From contig CAWIAD010000002.1 in the NCBI GenBank assembly GCA_963833985.1, positions 5,376,001 through 5,440,000 of the forward strand: a stretch of DNA of 64,000 nt. The letters run 5' to 3'. The first letter of the stretch is position 1. Each line of letters starts with the position of its first letter. Made by a program: the position numbers and the translations under genes. Under the pieces are notes generated by a model that saw nothing but the letters and a program-made list of their open reading frames with translations, searched no databases and had not been told where the DNA came from. The DNA is from an uncultured Planctomycetaceae bacterium. Lineage in GTDB: Bacteria > Planctomycetota > Planctomycetia > Isosphaerales > Isosphaeraceae. This document shows, in pieces, positions 1 through 9,065 of this stretch.

Positions 1-728
1 ACCGTGCGGCTGACGAAGGCGTAGAGGCCGTAGTAGTCTTGCTGGCTGTAGCCGTCGATGAGCGGGTGGTCGTGGCACTGGCAGCACTGGAGATCGACGC
101 CCAGGAAGAGCCGGCCCAGGTCGCGGGTGATGAGGTTCGGGTCCCCCTCGCGGGCCAGCAGGAAACGGGCGACCGGCCGCGTGGCCGGATCGGTGCCGTC
201 GGCCGCCAGGATCTGCCGCACCAGCACGTCGTAAGGCCGGTTCTCGGCGAACGCCTGGTGCAGGAACTCGCTCCAGGGTTTGGCCTCCACGAACAGGTCG
301 GGCCTGCGCTCCATGAGCATGACGTCGAAGACCTGCTGCATGCGCCGGGCGTACAGCGGGGACGAGAGCAGCCGGTCCACCAGCGCCTGCCGCTTGTAGG
401 GCGTGGGGTCGTCCAGGAAGTCGCGTGCCTCGTCCGCGCCGGGAATCATGCCGGCCAGGTCGAGCCAGGCGCGGCGCAGGAACTCGCCGTCGGTCGCCGG
501 AGCGGCCGGCGCCTGCCCCGGCAGCTCACGCGCCAGCTTCGCCTCGATGAGCCGATCGATCCGCTCGTGCAAGGGCACGGCCGCCGGCGCGCTTTCTGAC
601 ACAGGGCCGGCCGCCGCCCACGACGCCAGCACGGCCGGGCCAGGGGTCAGGGCCAGGGCCAGGGCCAGAATCCTCACCAGGGCCGGCGCCGGAACGGGCC
701 GCGTTTGCCTTCGGGGTGTCGTGCTCAT
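1..728 (-). CDS. DUF1549/DUF1553 (PSD1-type) planctomycete protein, runs off the window start
   Basis: My translation from ATG at 728: signal-peptide-like LVRILALALAL, then IDRLIEAKL...DGEFLRRAWLDLAGMIP...KRQALVDRLLSSP...FLGVDLQCCQCHDHP...QDYYGLYAF, all DUF1549 hallmarks. Not in the ORF track because it has no stop inside the window. Confidence 0.9.
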   Translation of the reverse strand, partial: MSTTPRRQTRPVPAPALVRILALALALTPGPAVLASWAAAGPVSESAPAAVPLHERIDRLIEAKLARELPGQAPAAPATDGEFLRRAWLDLAGMIPGADEARDFLDDPTPYKRQALVDRLLSSPLYARRMQQVFDVMLMERRPDLFVEAKPWSEFLHQAFAENRPYDVLVRQILAADGTDPATRPVARFLLAREGDPNLITRDLGRLFLGVDLQCCQCHDHPLIDGYSQQDYYGLYAFVSRT

Positions 729-783
729 GATGCACCCTCATGTGGCATGCAGGTTCGCAACGCGATGTTCATCGGTTGTTAAA

Positions 784-1884
784 CTAGTGTCCTGAGTTAG
801 AAGTTCGCTCACAAACACTCGTCACTCGATCTAAGATCATATCAGCATCTGCCGTCCATACGAAAGGCTTGGGATTTACGTTGTGTTTTGCCAGGAATTC
901 ATGGATCGCCTGTTCCAACGCCGCCACGCTCCGGAATACTCCACGGCGAATTCGCTTCTCGGTAATCTCCGCGAAGAATCGTTCAACCTGGTTCAGCCAA
1001 GAGCCGCTGGTGGGAGTGAAATGCAGATGATACTCGGGATGGCGAGCGAACCACCGCTTCACGGCTGGAGCTTTGTGTGTGCCGTAGTTGTCCATGACGA
1101 GGTGAATCTCGACGCCTGGTGCTTTGGCGATCTGGCTATCGATCTCGTTGAGGAATTTGAGGAATTCTTGTTGTCGATGGCGACGGTAGCATTTGCCAAT
1201 CACACGACCTGTCGCGACGTCCAAGGCGGCGAACAGCGAAGTCGTCCCATTGCGTACATAATCCGGAGTTCGCCTCTCCGCCTGGCCAGGCCCCATGGGA
1301 AGCAACGGCTGGGTACGGTCCAACGCTTGCACCTGGCTCTTCTCGTCGATGCTCAAGACGATAGCGCGCTCCGGCGGGCTCATATACAACCCGACGATGT
1401 CGCGGACCTTCTCGATGAAAAAGGGGTCCGTGGAAAGCTTGAACGTCTCGCTGCGGTGAGGCTTCAACTCGAACGCTCGCCAGATACGCGAGATCGCTGT
1501 CTGAGACAAGCCGACGGCTTCCGCCATGCCCCGAGTGCTCCAATGCGTGGCGGCCTTGGGTTTCTCCTCCAGAGTCTTGGTCACAACGGCCTCGACCATT
1601 GCGTCCGTGATTTTGCAGGGCGCCCCCGGCCTTGGCTCGTCGGACAGGCCGTCGAGACGATCGAGGAGGAAACGTTTCCGCCATTTCCCGACCGTCACGA
1701 CATTCACCCGGAGCTGTGCGGCGACTTCCTGATTATCGAAACCTTGAGCGCAAGCCAAGATGATCCGCGAACGGAGGGCGAGACGCTGGCTGGTCTTGGG
1801 CCGGCGCGACCACGCTTCGAGTTTCTGGCGCTCGACATCATTCAAAGTGAGAGTAGCCTTGGGGCGACCACCTTTATTCATCAT
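784..1884 (-). CDS. IS630-family transposase
   Basis: N-terminal HTH, then DDE motifs [11 protein letters not shown] / [11 protein letters not shown] / [10 protein letters not shown]; stop codon TAG is formed by the CTAG end, typical of IS630. Confidence 0.95.
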   Translation of the reverse strand: MMNKGGRPKATLTLNDVERQKLEAWSRRPKTSQRLALRSRIILACAQGFDNQEVAAQLRVNVVTVGKWRKRFLLDRLDGLSDEPRPGAPCKITDAMVEAVVTKTLEEKPKAATHWSTRGMAEAVGLSQTAISRIWRAFELKPHRSETFKLSTDPFFIEKVRDIVGLYMSPPERAIVLSIDEKSQVQALDRTQPLLPMGPGQAERRTPDYVRNGTTSLFAALDVATGRVIGKCYRRHRQQEFLKFLNEIDSQIAKAPGVEIHLVMDNYGTHKAPAVKRWFARHPEYHLHFTPTSGSWLNQVERFFAEITEKRIRRGVFRSVAALEQAIHEFLAKHNVNPKPFVWTADADMILDRVTSVCERTSNSGH

Positions 1885-1961
1885 AAATCTCCTTTGAGAG
1901 ATTATATGACGAATACATGATAAGTCAAGGTTATTTGGCGAATTTGTAACTCAGGACACTA
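785..1961 (-). mobile_element. IS630-family insertion sequence with TA duplication (CTAG target)
   Basis: Terminal inverted repeats CTAGTGTCCTGAGTTAGAAGTTCGC (784-808) and GCGAATTTGTAACTCAGGACACTAG (1938-1962), 2 mismatches; TA at 785-786 and 1960-1961. Confidence 0.95.
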
Positions 1962-2106
1962 GCGAGCGCCCGGGGAGCAATCAACCCGATTTTTGAAGAA
2001 TTGTTTGAGAATCTGCTCGGGTGCAAATGCCGAGGGGCGTGCCTGGCCGATGATGCCGGGCACGCCCCTGGTGGTCCGCTTGCGCGGAATCGTATGCATG
2101 TTCCGA

Positions 2107-2460
2107 TCAGCAGTCGATCATTTCGACCCGATGGCGGAGCGAGCTCACGTACGGGAGCATGGGGAGCAGTTGCTGCGTCTGGAGCTCCGCCTCGAGACGG
2201 CGCAGGGCGACACGCAGCTCGTGCAGCTCGGCCCGCAGCGACTCGTCTCGGTGCTGCAACGAATTCTTGAGCGCCCTGTCGGCGCGGACGGCCAGGGAGC
2301 GCAGCGACACGGCCAGGTCGGCCGGGTCCGTTCCAGGCTCGGAGTCGTGCCGCAACACGCGGCCGTTGTGCGCGTGCGCGTGGCCGTGCGTCGCGGCGGT
2401 GTTGGTGTTCGTGTTCGTATTGGTGGTTCGGTGTGTTCGCTTGGAAAGTGTATGGGTCAT
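2107..2460 (-). CDS. hypothetical protein (~117 aa, coiled-coil, TN/HA low-complexity N-terminus)
   Basis: Strong RBS AAGGAGG before ATG at 2460; GC3-rich codons. Confidence 0.65.
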   Translation of the reverse strand: MTHTLSKRTHRTTNTNTNTNTAATHGHAHAHNGRVLRHDSEPGTDPADLAVSLRSLAVRADRALKNSLQHRDESLRAELHELRVALRRLEAELQTQQLLPMLPYVSSLRHRVEMIDC

Positions 2461-2911
2461 GGCTCGACCTCCTTGTTTCTCTCTCGTATTCCGCGTCAGC
2501 CTGGTCCCGACCGCGCTCCCGAGAGCGAGGCGGTGCGTCTTGGCCCCGGCGATCCGTACCATCGAGCCGACCGACGACTCACAGACACGCAACGCGTCGG
2601 TTTTGTTCGCTCGGGTATTCGCTGGTTGAGAAGGAAGCTTGAGGAAGGAATATGACGAAGCGGCTCACGGCCAGCGATCAAGGGTGGGAGAGTCCCGTTC
2701 CAGCAGCGTGATCGCCGGTCGGCTCTCACGCCGTCCCTATCCTATACGAAAAACGAATCATCGACAATTGTCAGATCCGGGCTTTCTTCAAAAGTTCTTC
2801 GGGCCGGAGCCACGAGGGGAAGACGCAACGGCTTGGTACGACGTTGTTTGTGCGCCTAGGTTCCGGCATCTCTGGCGACGGCGGACCAGGCCACGGCCCG
2901 GAACGGCCAGT

Positions 2912-3033
2912 CTGTCCATCCTGTCCATGGTACCTGGTCGGTATTTCATTTCAGTGGAGTGGGATGAGAGCGTTTTCAGGGTTCTCTACGTCTCCCGCGT
3001 AATTTGAGAAAAGACCGTGGACAGGGTGGACAG
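2912..3033. repeat. inverted repeat pair, each arm with tandem CTGTCCA heptamers
   Basis: CTGTCCATCCTGTCCATGGT (2912-2931) versus ACCGTGGACAGGGTGGACAG (3014-3033): 18/20 complementary. Confidence 0.6.
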
Positions 3034-3163
3034 GAAAGGAGCGGAGACGAGGGGAGAGTCCGAATGGGGAACTCAAAGCCTTTCCATGGGAAATGCGAAA
3101 GAGGAACTCAAAGCCTGTACTATGGCGCATGGGGAATGAATGAATGGGACAGGCTCATCAGGC

Positions 3164-5164
3164 TCAGCGGCCGCTGGCCAGGCTCAGGGCGCCGGTTTGC
3201 TGCGCGTGCACCGCGGCGTAGTGGCCGGCGCGCGCCAGCAGCTCCTGGTGGGTGCCCTGCTCCACGATCCGGCCCCTGTCCAGTACCACGATGCGGTCGC
3301 ACCGGCGGACCGAGGAGATCTTGTGCGAGACGATCACGCAGGTGCGGCCGGGGAGGTGCCGGTCCAGCGCCTGCTGGATCCGCGTCTCGGTCTCGGCGTC
3401 CAGGGCGCTCGTGCAGTCGTCCAGCAGCAGTACCGCCGGCGCCGCCACGAACGTACGGGCGAGCGCCAGGCGTTGCCGCTGGCCGCCCGAGAGCGAATAA
3501 CCGCGCTCGCTGACCGGCGTCTCCAGGCCCTGGGGAAGAGAATCCACGAGCGTTGCCAGATCGGCAATCTCCAGCGCCTGGCGGATCTCGGCCGCGCTGG
3601 CATCGGGCCGGGCATAGAGCAGGTTCGAACGGATCGTCCCCTCGAACAGGAGCGCCTGCTGCGGCACCAGCGCCACGGCGCGGCGCAGGTCGGCCAGCTT
3701 CAGGTCGCGGATGTCCACGCCGTCGAGCCGGATCGAGCCCGCGGGCTGCGCGTCCGCGGCGCCGGGGTCGGGGTCGTCGGTCAGGTCGTAGAGCCGCTGG
3801 GCCAGCGCCATGAGCGTGCTCTTGCCCGCGCCGCTGGGGCCCAGCAAACCCACGCGCATGCCCGGCTCGATCCGCAGGTTCACACCCTGGAGCACCGGCG
3901 TGAGCGTCAGCGCGGGCGCGGGCGCGGGCGAAGTCAAAGCTGAGGGCGTGAGCATGAGCCGATCGGTCGCGGGACCGTTCCGGTCATGGTCTCTCCCCGT
4001 GCCCCCGGGCCGGCTGTACGCGAAGCGGACGTTGCGGAACTCCAGGGCGCCGCGGGCGTTCGTGACCGGGCGGGCGTCCGGGCGGTCGCGCACCGGCTCG
4101 GGCTCGTCGAAGACCTCGTAAAGCCGCTCGATGGAGACCTGCGTGGCCACGGCCGTGGCCTGAAACTGGGTGAGCCGGACAATCGGCGCGTAGAGCTGCG
4201 TGACCAGCGCGTAGAAGGCCAGCAGCGCGCCCACGGAGATGACGCCCCGGCCGACCAGGACCACGCCGTAGCTGATGACGAAGACGGTGCCCACCCCGCT
4301 GATGAGCGTGGCGAGCGCTCCCAGCGTGGCCGCGGCCCGGGTGTTGGCCCAGGAGAGTGCCCGGTGGGTGTCGATCCGCTCGTCCAGCGCGGCCAGCTCG
4401 GCGTCTTCCCGGGCGAACGACCGGACGACCCGCACGGCCGAGACCCGCTCGCTCAGGAGCGCGTACAGGGCCGAGATCTGGGCGCGGATCTCGTCGGAGA
4501 GCTTGCGGAGCCGGCCGAAGAAGTACCTCTGGTTCACCGCGTACAGCGGCACCACCACCAGGGCCACGAGCGCCAGCCGCCATTGCAGCCAGACCAGCAG
4601 GCCGGCGATGGCCAGCGAGAGGATCAAATCGCTGGCAAGCTGGATCACGCCACTGCGCAGGAACATGAGAATGCTGCCCACGTCGCTGGTCACGCGGGCC
4701 ATGATCCGCCCGGTCTGCTGGGCGTCGAAGTAGGCCATCGGCAGGCGCATCAGCTTGCGGTGCAATGCGCCGCGCAGGGCCACGACGACCTCCTGGCTGA
4801 TCCGCCCCATCACGGCCGCGGTCCACCAAGAGATCGCCGAGCGGGCCAGGTGCAAGGCCACGGTGCCGGCCAGGGCCAGGCCGATGGCCAGGGCCACCTC
4901 GCGCCGGGCCTGATCCGTTGCGCCCGCCGCGCCGGCTCCCGCGGCCGCCAGCGCCACCAGCCGGTCCAGAACCCAGCCCTGCAAGAGGGGCACCGGCAAG
5001 AGCAGCACCGACTGCACCAGCAGCCCCGCCAGCCCGATTCCGATCGCCCCGCGATAGGGCCGCAGGAAGTCGGCCTCCAGGCGGTGGAGCGAGGACGAGC
5101 GGGCCGCGTCGGCCGGCGGTCCGGGGTCAGTCATGGGTATGGTCCTGGGGCGGAGGATGGTCAT
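3164..5164 (-). CDS. ABC exporter TMD-NBD half transporter (degenerate Walker B)
   Basis: Multi-TM N-terminus; GPSGAGKST, LSGGQRQR, LLLDDCTSALD. Confidence 0.92.
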   Translation of the reverse strand: MTILRPRTIPMTDPGPPADAARSSSLHRLEADFLRPYRGAIGIGLAGLLVQSVLLLPVPLLQGWVLDRLVALAAAGAGAAGATDQARREVALAIGLALAGTVALHLARSAISWWTAAVMGRISQEVVVALRGALHRKLMRLPMAYFDAQQTGRIMARVTSDVGSILMFLRSGVIQLASDLILSLAIAGLLVWLQWRLALVALVVVPLYAVNQRYFFGRLRKLSDEIRAQISALYALLSERVSAVRVVRSFAREDAELAALDERIDTHRALSWANTRAAATLGALATLISGVGTVFVISYGVVLVGRGVISVGALLAFYALVTQLYAPIVRLTQFQATAVATQVSIERLYEVFDEPEPVRDRPDARPVTNARGALEFRNVRFAYSRPGGTGRDHDRNGPATDRLMLTPSALTSPAPAPALTLTPVLQGVNLRIEPGMRVGLLGPSGAGKSTLMALAQRLYDLTDDPDPGAADAQPAGSIRLDGVDIRDLKLADLRRAVALVPQQALLFEGTIRSNLLYARPDASAAEIRQALEIADLATLVDSLPQGLETPVSERGYSLSGGQRQRLALARTFVAAPAVLLLDDCTSALDAETETRIQQALDRHLPGRTCVIVSHKISSVRRCDRIVVLDRGRIVEQGTHQELLARAGHYAAVHAQQTGALSLASGR

Positions 5165-6408
5165 GGAGCTGCAAAGCCTCGAGCTTCGTCGTCCGGATCA
5201 TCGGTCTGGATCCTGCGGACGATTTCCTGAGCCAGGTAGATGCGGTTTCGGGCCTTGCCGGTGACCTCCACGAGGATGTTCCGAGCCTCGAAGTCCGCAA
5301 CCGCGAGACTTGCCGAACGGAAGGTCACCTGGAGCGCCCTGGCGACCTGGTTGACCGTGACCGCGGGTTGCTCGAAGAGCAGATCGACCAGGCGGCTTGC
5401 CGTTGCGGAGCGTGAGGAGGCCCGCACCGCTTCGTGATACTCTTGCCGCAGCGCCAGCAGGTCATGGGCGCGGCGGATCGCCTGCCGCGCCTGGCCGCTC
5501 ACGCCGGTGAGGAAGAAATCGATCCAGGCCGGCCACTCCCCGCGCTGGCTCACGGCCAGCAGCAGGTCCGTGTAGGTCTCGCGATGCCGCTCGAAATACG
5601 TGCTCAGGTAAAGCACCGGCTGGTCGAGCAATCTTCGTTCGCGGAGCAGCAGCGAGATGAGCAACCGTCCCACCCGTCCGTTGCCGTCCAGGAAGGGATG
5701 GATCGCCTCGAACTGGTAATGAATGAGCGCCAGGTCCACCAGGTCAGGCAAGCCGGACGGGCGGGCCAGGTACTTTTCCAGCGCGTCGAGCGCCGCGTGC
5801 ATCTCGATCACCGGCGGCGGCACGAAACGGGCTTCGGCCGGCGTCTGCCCGGCGCGGCCAATCATGTTCTGGCGGCTCCGGAACTGGCCGGGCATCTGGT
5901 CCTCGCCCCGGACTTCGGCCATGAGCCTCTCGTGCAGCTCACGCAGCAGCCGGAGCGACAGGGGAAGCTGCTCCAGCCGCTTCAGCCCGTAATTCAAGGA
6001 TTCAACATAATTTTTGACTTCCTGCGCGTCGTCGTCTTCCGCGGGCTGGCCCGAAGGCTCTGCCTCGAAGACGACGAGCTGCCTCAGGTCGGTGATGGTC
6101 CCTTCGATCCGGCTGGAAGCCACGGCTTCCCGGCGCACAAACGGGCCGATCAGCAGGTGCGGATTCGGCAGCATCCGGCCAATGCCCTTCAGCTCGCCCA
6201 GCGCCACCGCCGCGTCAGCGAGCCGGCGGATCGTCCCCATGTCCAGCACCAGGGCCGGAGGCAGCGGCTCTGGCACATAGGCGTAAAACTCCCCCTGGCT
6301 GCCGCTCTGGCGCACCAGCCGACCCGGTGCAGACGTCGCGAAATCCAGGGTTCTCATTCTCAAGGAGTCCACTCCGCAGCCCAGCCTCGAATCAATCGTT
6401 GCACCCAC
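5161..6408 (-). CDS. Fic/DOC family protein with N-terminal Fic_N region and C-terminal wHTH
   Basis: Canonical HPFLDGNGRVGR motif and EAVASSRIEG inhibitory-type helix; alternative start ATG at 6357. Confidence 0.93.
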   Translation of the reverse strand: MGATIDSRLGCGVDSLRMRTLDFATSAPGRLVRQSGSQGEFYAYVPEPLPPALVLDMGTIRRLADAAVALGELKGIGRMLPNPHLLIGPFVRREAVASSRIEGTITDLRQLVVFEAEPSGQPAEDDDAQEVKNYVESLNYGLKRLEQLPLSLRLLRELHERLMAEVRGEDQMPGQFRSRQNMIGRAGQTPAEARFVPPPVIEMHAALDALEKYLARPSGLPDLVDLALIHYQFEAIHPFLDGNGRVGRLLISLLLRERRLLDQPVLYLSTYFERHRETYTDLLLAVSQRGEWPAWIDFFLTGVSGQARQAIRRAHDLLALRQEYHEAVRASSRSATASRLVDLLFEQPAVTVNQVARALQVTFRSASLAVADFEARNILVEVTGKARNRIYLAQEIVRRIQTDDPDDEARGFAAP

Positions 6409-6725
6409 TCATCACGTCACGCCACGACGGCCTCTTCGTCCCCGGAGACTCGCCCTCTCAGACCAATGATACTCCGAAGCTGAAAAGTACAATAAGATTC
6501 CCGCTATGATCGCCAGGTATCATGACCAACACCGTGATGATACTTTGGGCGAGAAAAGTACCATGACCAGACTCGATTCATCCATGCATGCCACCATACA
6601 GGTTTTCAAGTTTTCCCGGAATGCCATGTTTTCTTGAATGAGAAAAGAACCGAAATCAGGAAAACGTCTGACCGGGGCAGACGAGCCAGCGATGCGTGTC
6701 CTCATCCGCCTTGCGACTTACCGCT

Positions 6726-8550
6726 TCATGCACTCAATTGCCGGGCTCTGCGGGCCGGCTGCGGCTTGCGCGGGGCGGCGGATGGTGAGGGTGCCGGGGC
6801 CGGGTCGCCGAATTGCTTCTGGCAGAGGCGGCGGTAGAGGCCCGTGGCGTCGGCCAGAAGCTGGGCATGCGTGCCGGCCTGGACGACCAGCCCCCCTTCC
6901 ATGACGACGATGAGGTCGGCATCGACGGTGGTCGAGAGCCGGTGCGCGACGACAAACGACGTCCGGTCGCGCAGCAGGTTGGCGAGTGCCGCCTGGATGA
7001 GGGCTTCGCCGGCGGTGTCGAGCGAACTGGTGGCCTCGTCGAGCACGACCAGGGCGGGGTCCTTGCAGAGTGCCCGAGCGATCGCCAGCCGCTGCCGCTC
7101 GCCCTGGCTAAGCTTGAAGCCGCCCTCGCCCACCAGCGTGTTGTAGCCCTCGGGGAGGGCCTGGGCGAACGGGTGCACGAGGGCCGCGCGGGCGGCGGCC
7201 TCCACCTGGGCATCGCTCGCGTGCGAGGCTCCGTAGCGGATGTTGTCCGCCAGGCTGAGCCGGAAGACGACCGGGTCCTGGAGCACCACGCCGACCTGCT
7301 GCCGCAAGAGGCGGGTGGGCATGCGCTTGATGGGTACGCCGTCCAGGCGGATCTCGCCCCAGGTCGGGTCGTAGAACCGCAGGAGCAGGTTGACCAGCGT
7401 GCTCTTGCCGCAGCCGGTGGGGCCCACGAGCGCCACCTTCATGCCGGGCTCGACGTGGAGCCGGACATCCCAGATCACCGGCTGGTCGGGCAGATAACCG
7501 AAGCCGACGCGGTCGAACTCGACGCGCCCGCGGAGCTGCTCTCGACCCGCGCATCGGGGTAAGGCCAGCACCTCGGAGGCCGCGGGCTCGCGGACGTCCG
7601 CTTGCAGGTCCAGGATGTCGCCCAGCCGGGCCACGCTGGCCGCGGTCTGCTCGAACACGTAGGCCAGGTCGGCCAGCCGGGCCACGGGCCCGAAGACCAT
7701 CCCCGCCAGCGCCGCGGTGGACACCACCTGCCCGGGCGTGAGCCGGCCGCGCAGCACCTCGTACGCCCCCACCGCGAAGACCAGCGCCGTGCCCACGCCG
7801 CCAATCGCGCCGCTGATGTTCGCGAAGGCCGCGCCCAGGTTGCTCTCCTTCACCCGCGGCACGTGCGCATCGTCCAGTTGCATGGCGAAGTCGGCAATCT
7901 CCTCGGGCTCGCGGGCGTAGGCCTTGATCACGATCGTGCCGTCCAGCTTGGCCTTGAGGTTGCCGAAGAGCAGGTCCATCTTCTCGCGGATCACCGTGCT
8001 GGTGGCGCGGATCTGCTTCATGAAGTGGCGGAAGTTCACCGCGAAGAGCGGGGCGACGCCCAGCACCACCAGGGCCAGCCGCCAGTCGCGGGCCAGCAAC
8101 AGCGCCGAGATCGCCACGGTCGTCCCCAGGTCGGTCAGGATCGTGAATGTCTGGCTGGTGACGAAGACCTGGATCGCGCCCACGTCGTCCATCACCCGGG
8201 AGAGGATGGCACCGCTGGGCGTCTTGTCGTAATAGGCCATCGACAGCCGCTGGAGCCGTTCGTAAAGGCGGTGCCGGAGGTCGCGCACCACGCCCTGGCC
8301 AATCCGCCCGATGAGCAGGCTGTTCCCCAGCGCGAGCGCGGCCTGGAGCGCGAAGACCACCAGCAGCCCCAGCGCATAGAGCGGCAAGGCGGCCCACTGG
8401 CCGCGCAGTGACCACCCGGTCCACCAGTCCTTGAACGATCAGCGGTACGGGTAGGTTGCCCAGAGCCGCCAGCGTGGTCAACGCCAGCGCAATGCTCATC
8501 GACAACCGATACGGGGCAAGCCAGCCCGCGATCCGGCGAAGTGTATCCAC
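6726..8550 (-). CDS. ABC exporter TMD-NBD half transporter (one frameshift near 8400)
   Basis: GPTGCGKST, LSQGERQR, VVLDEATSSLD. N-terminus (M)DTLRRIAGWLAPYR...LVDRVV is in another frame from GTG 8550, with RBS GGAGGAGG. Confidence 0.88.
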
Positions 8551-8741
8551 AGCGCACAACCCCCTCCTCCGTGGCTGGGGAGCTCCTCTTCTGCGAGACT
8601 GGATCAGAGCATCCGGAGAGCTGACGTGGCGGCCCCGGATTTCATCCTCCACATGTAGTGTAGACAATCGCCCCGGTCCTACCAAGCGTGTTCTGCCAGA
8701 TGGTGCACTCAGCGGCGCCAGGGCCTGGCCGCCCCCATCTC

Positions 8742-8910
8742 GTGGAACACGATTCCAGGCGATACCCGCGGCGGTTATAACTCTTGACCCCCATCTCGTG
8801 GGACACGATTCCAATCTTGTCATGACGTAATAAGTTCATGATAACGCTGTTTAACGAATAGAGAGGGTTATCAGAGAAATACAAGCGACAAGATTGGTAT
8901 CTTGCCCCAC
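8742..8910. repeat. REP-like GTGG-hairpin repeat cluster (doublet plus a partial copy)
   Basis: GTGGGACACGATTCCAATCTTGTC (8798-8821), AT-rich spacer, inverted GACAAGATTGGTATCTTGCCCCAC (8887-8910); partial copy at 8742-8757. Confidence 0.8.
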
Positions 8911-9065
8911 GGGGGAGGCTTGCGGGGCCATGGGGGGGGGCGGACCGGCGGTAGCGGCCGGCCGGCTGGCGGTGGCTTGCCTGCGCGTCTGGCAGGTGGG
9001 ACACTTGGGGTTCCTGCCGCACTCCATTCCAGACCTGTAACCTTCCCACCCAGGACAGCACTCCC

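Noticed and set aside
883..1920. 345-aa plus-strand ORF inside IS630
   Set aside because: Antisense shadow of the transposase.
8996..9051. Additional REP doublet or riboswitch upstream of the 9066 gene
   Set aside because: Only a 7-bp GGTGGGA/TCCCACC pairing; too weak to call.
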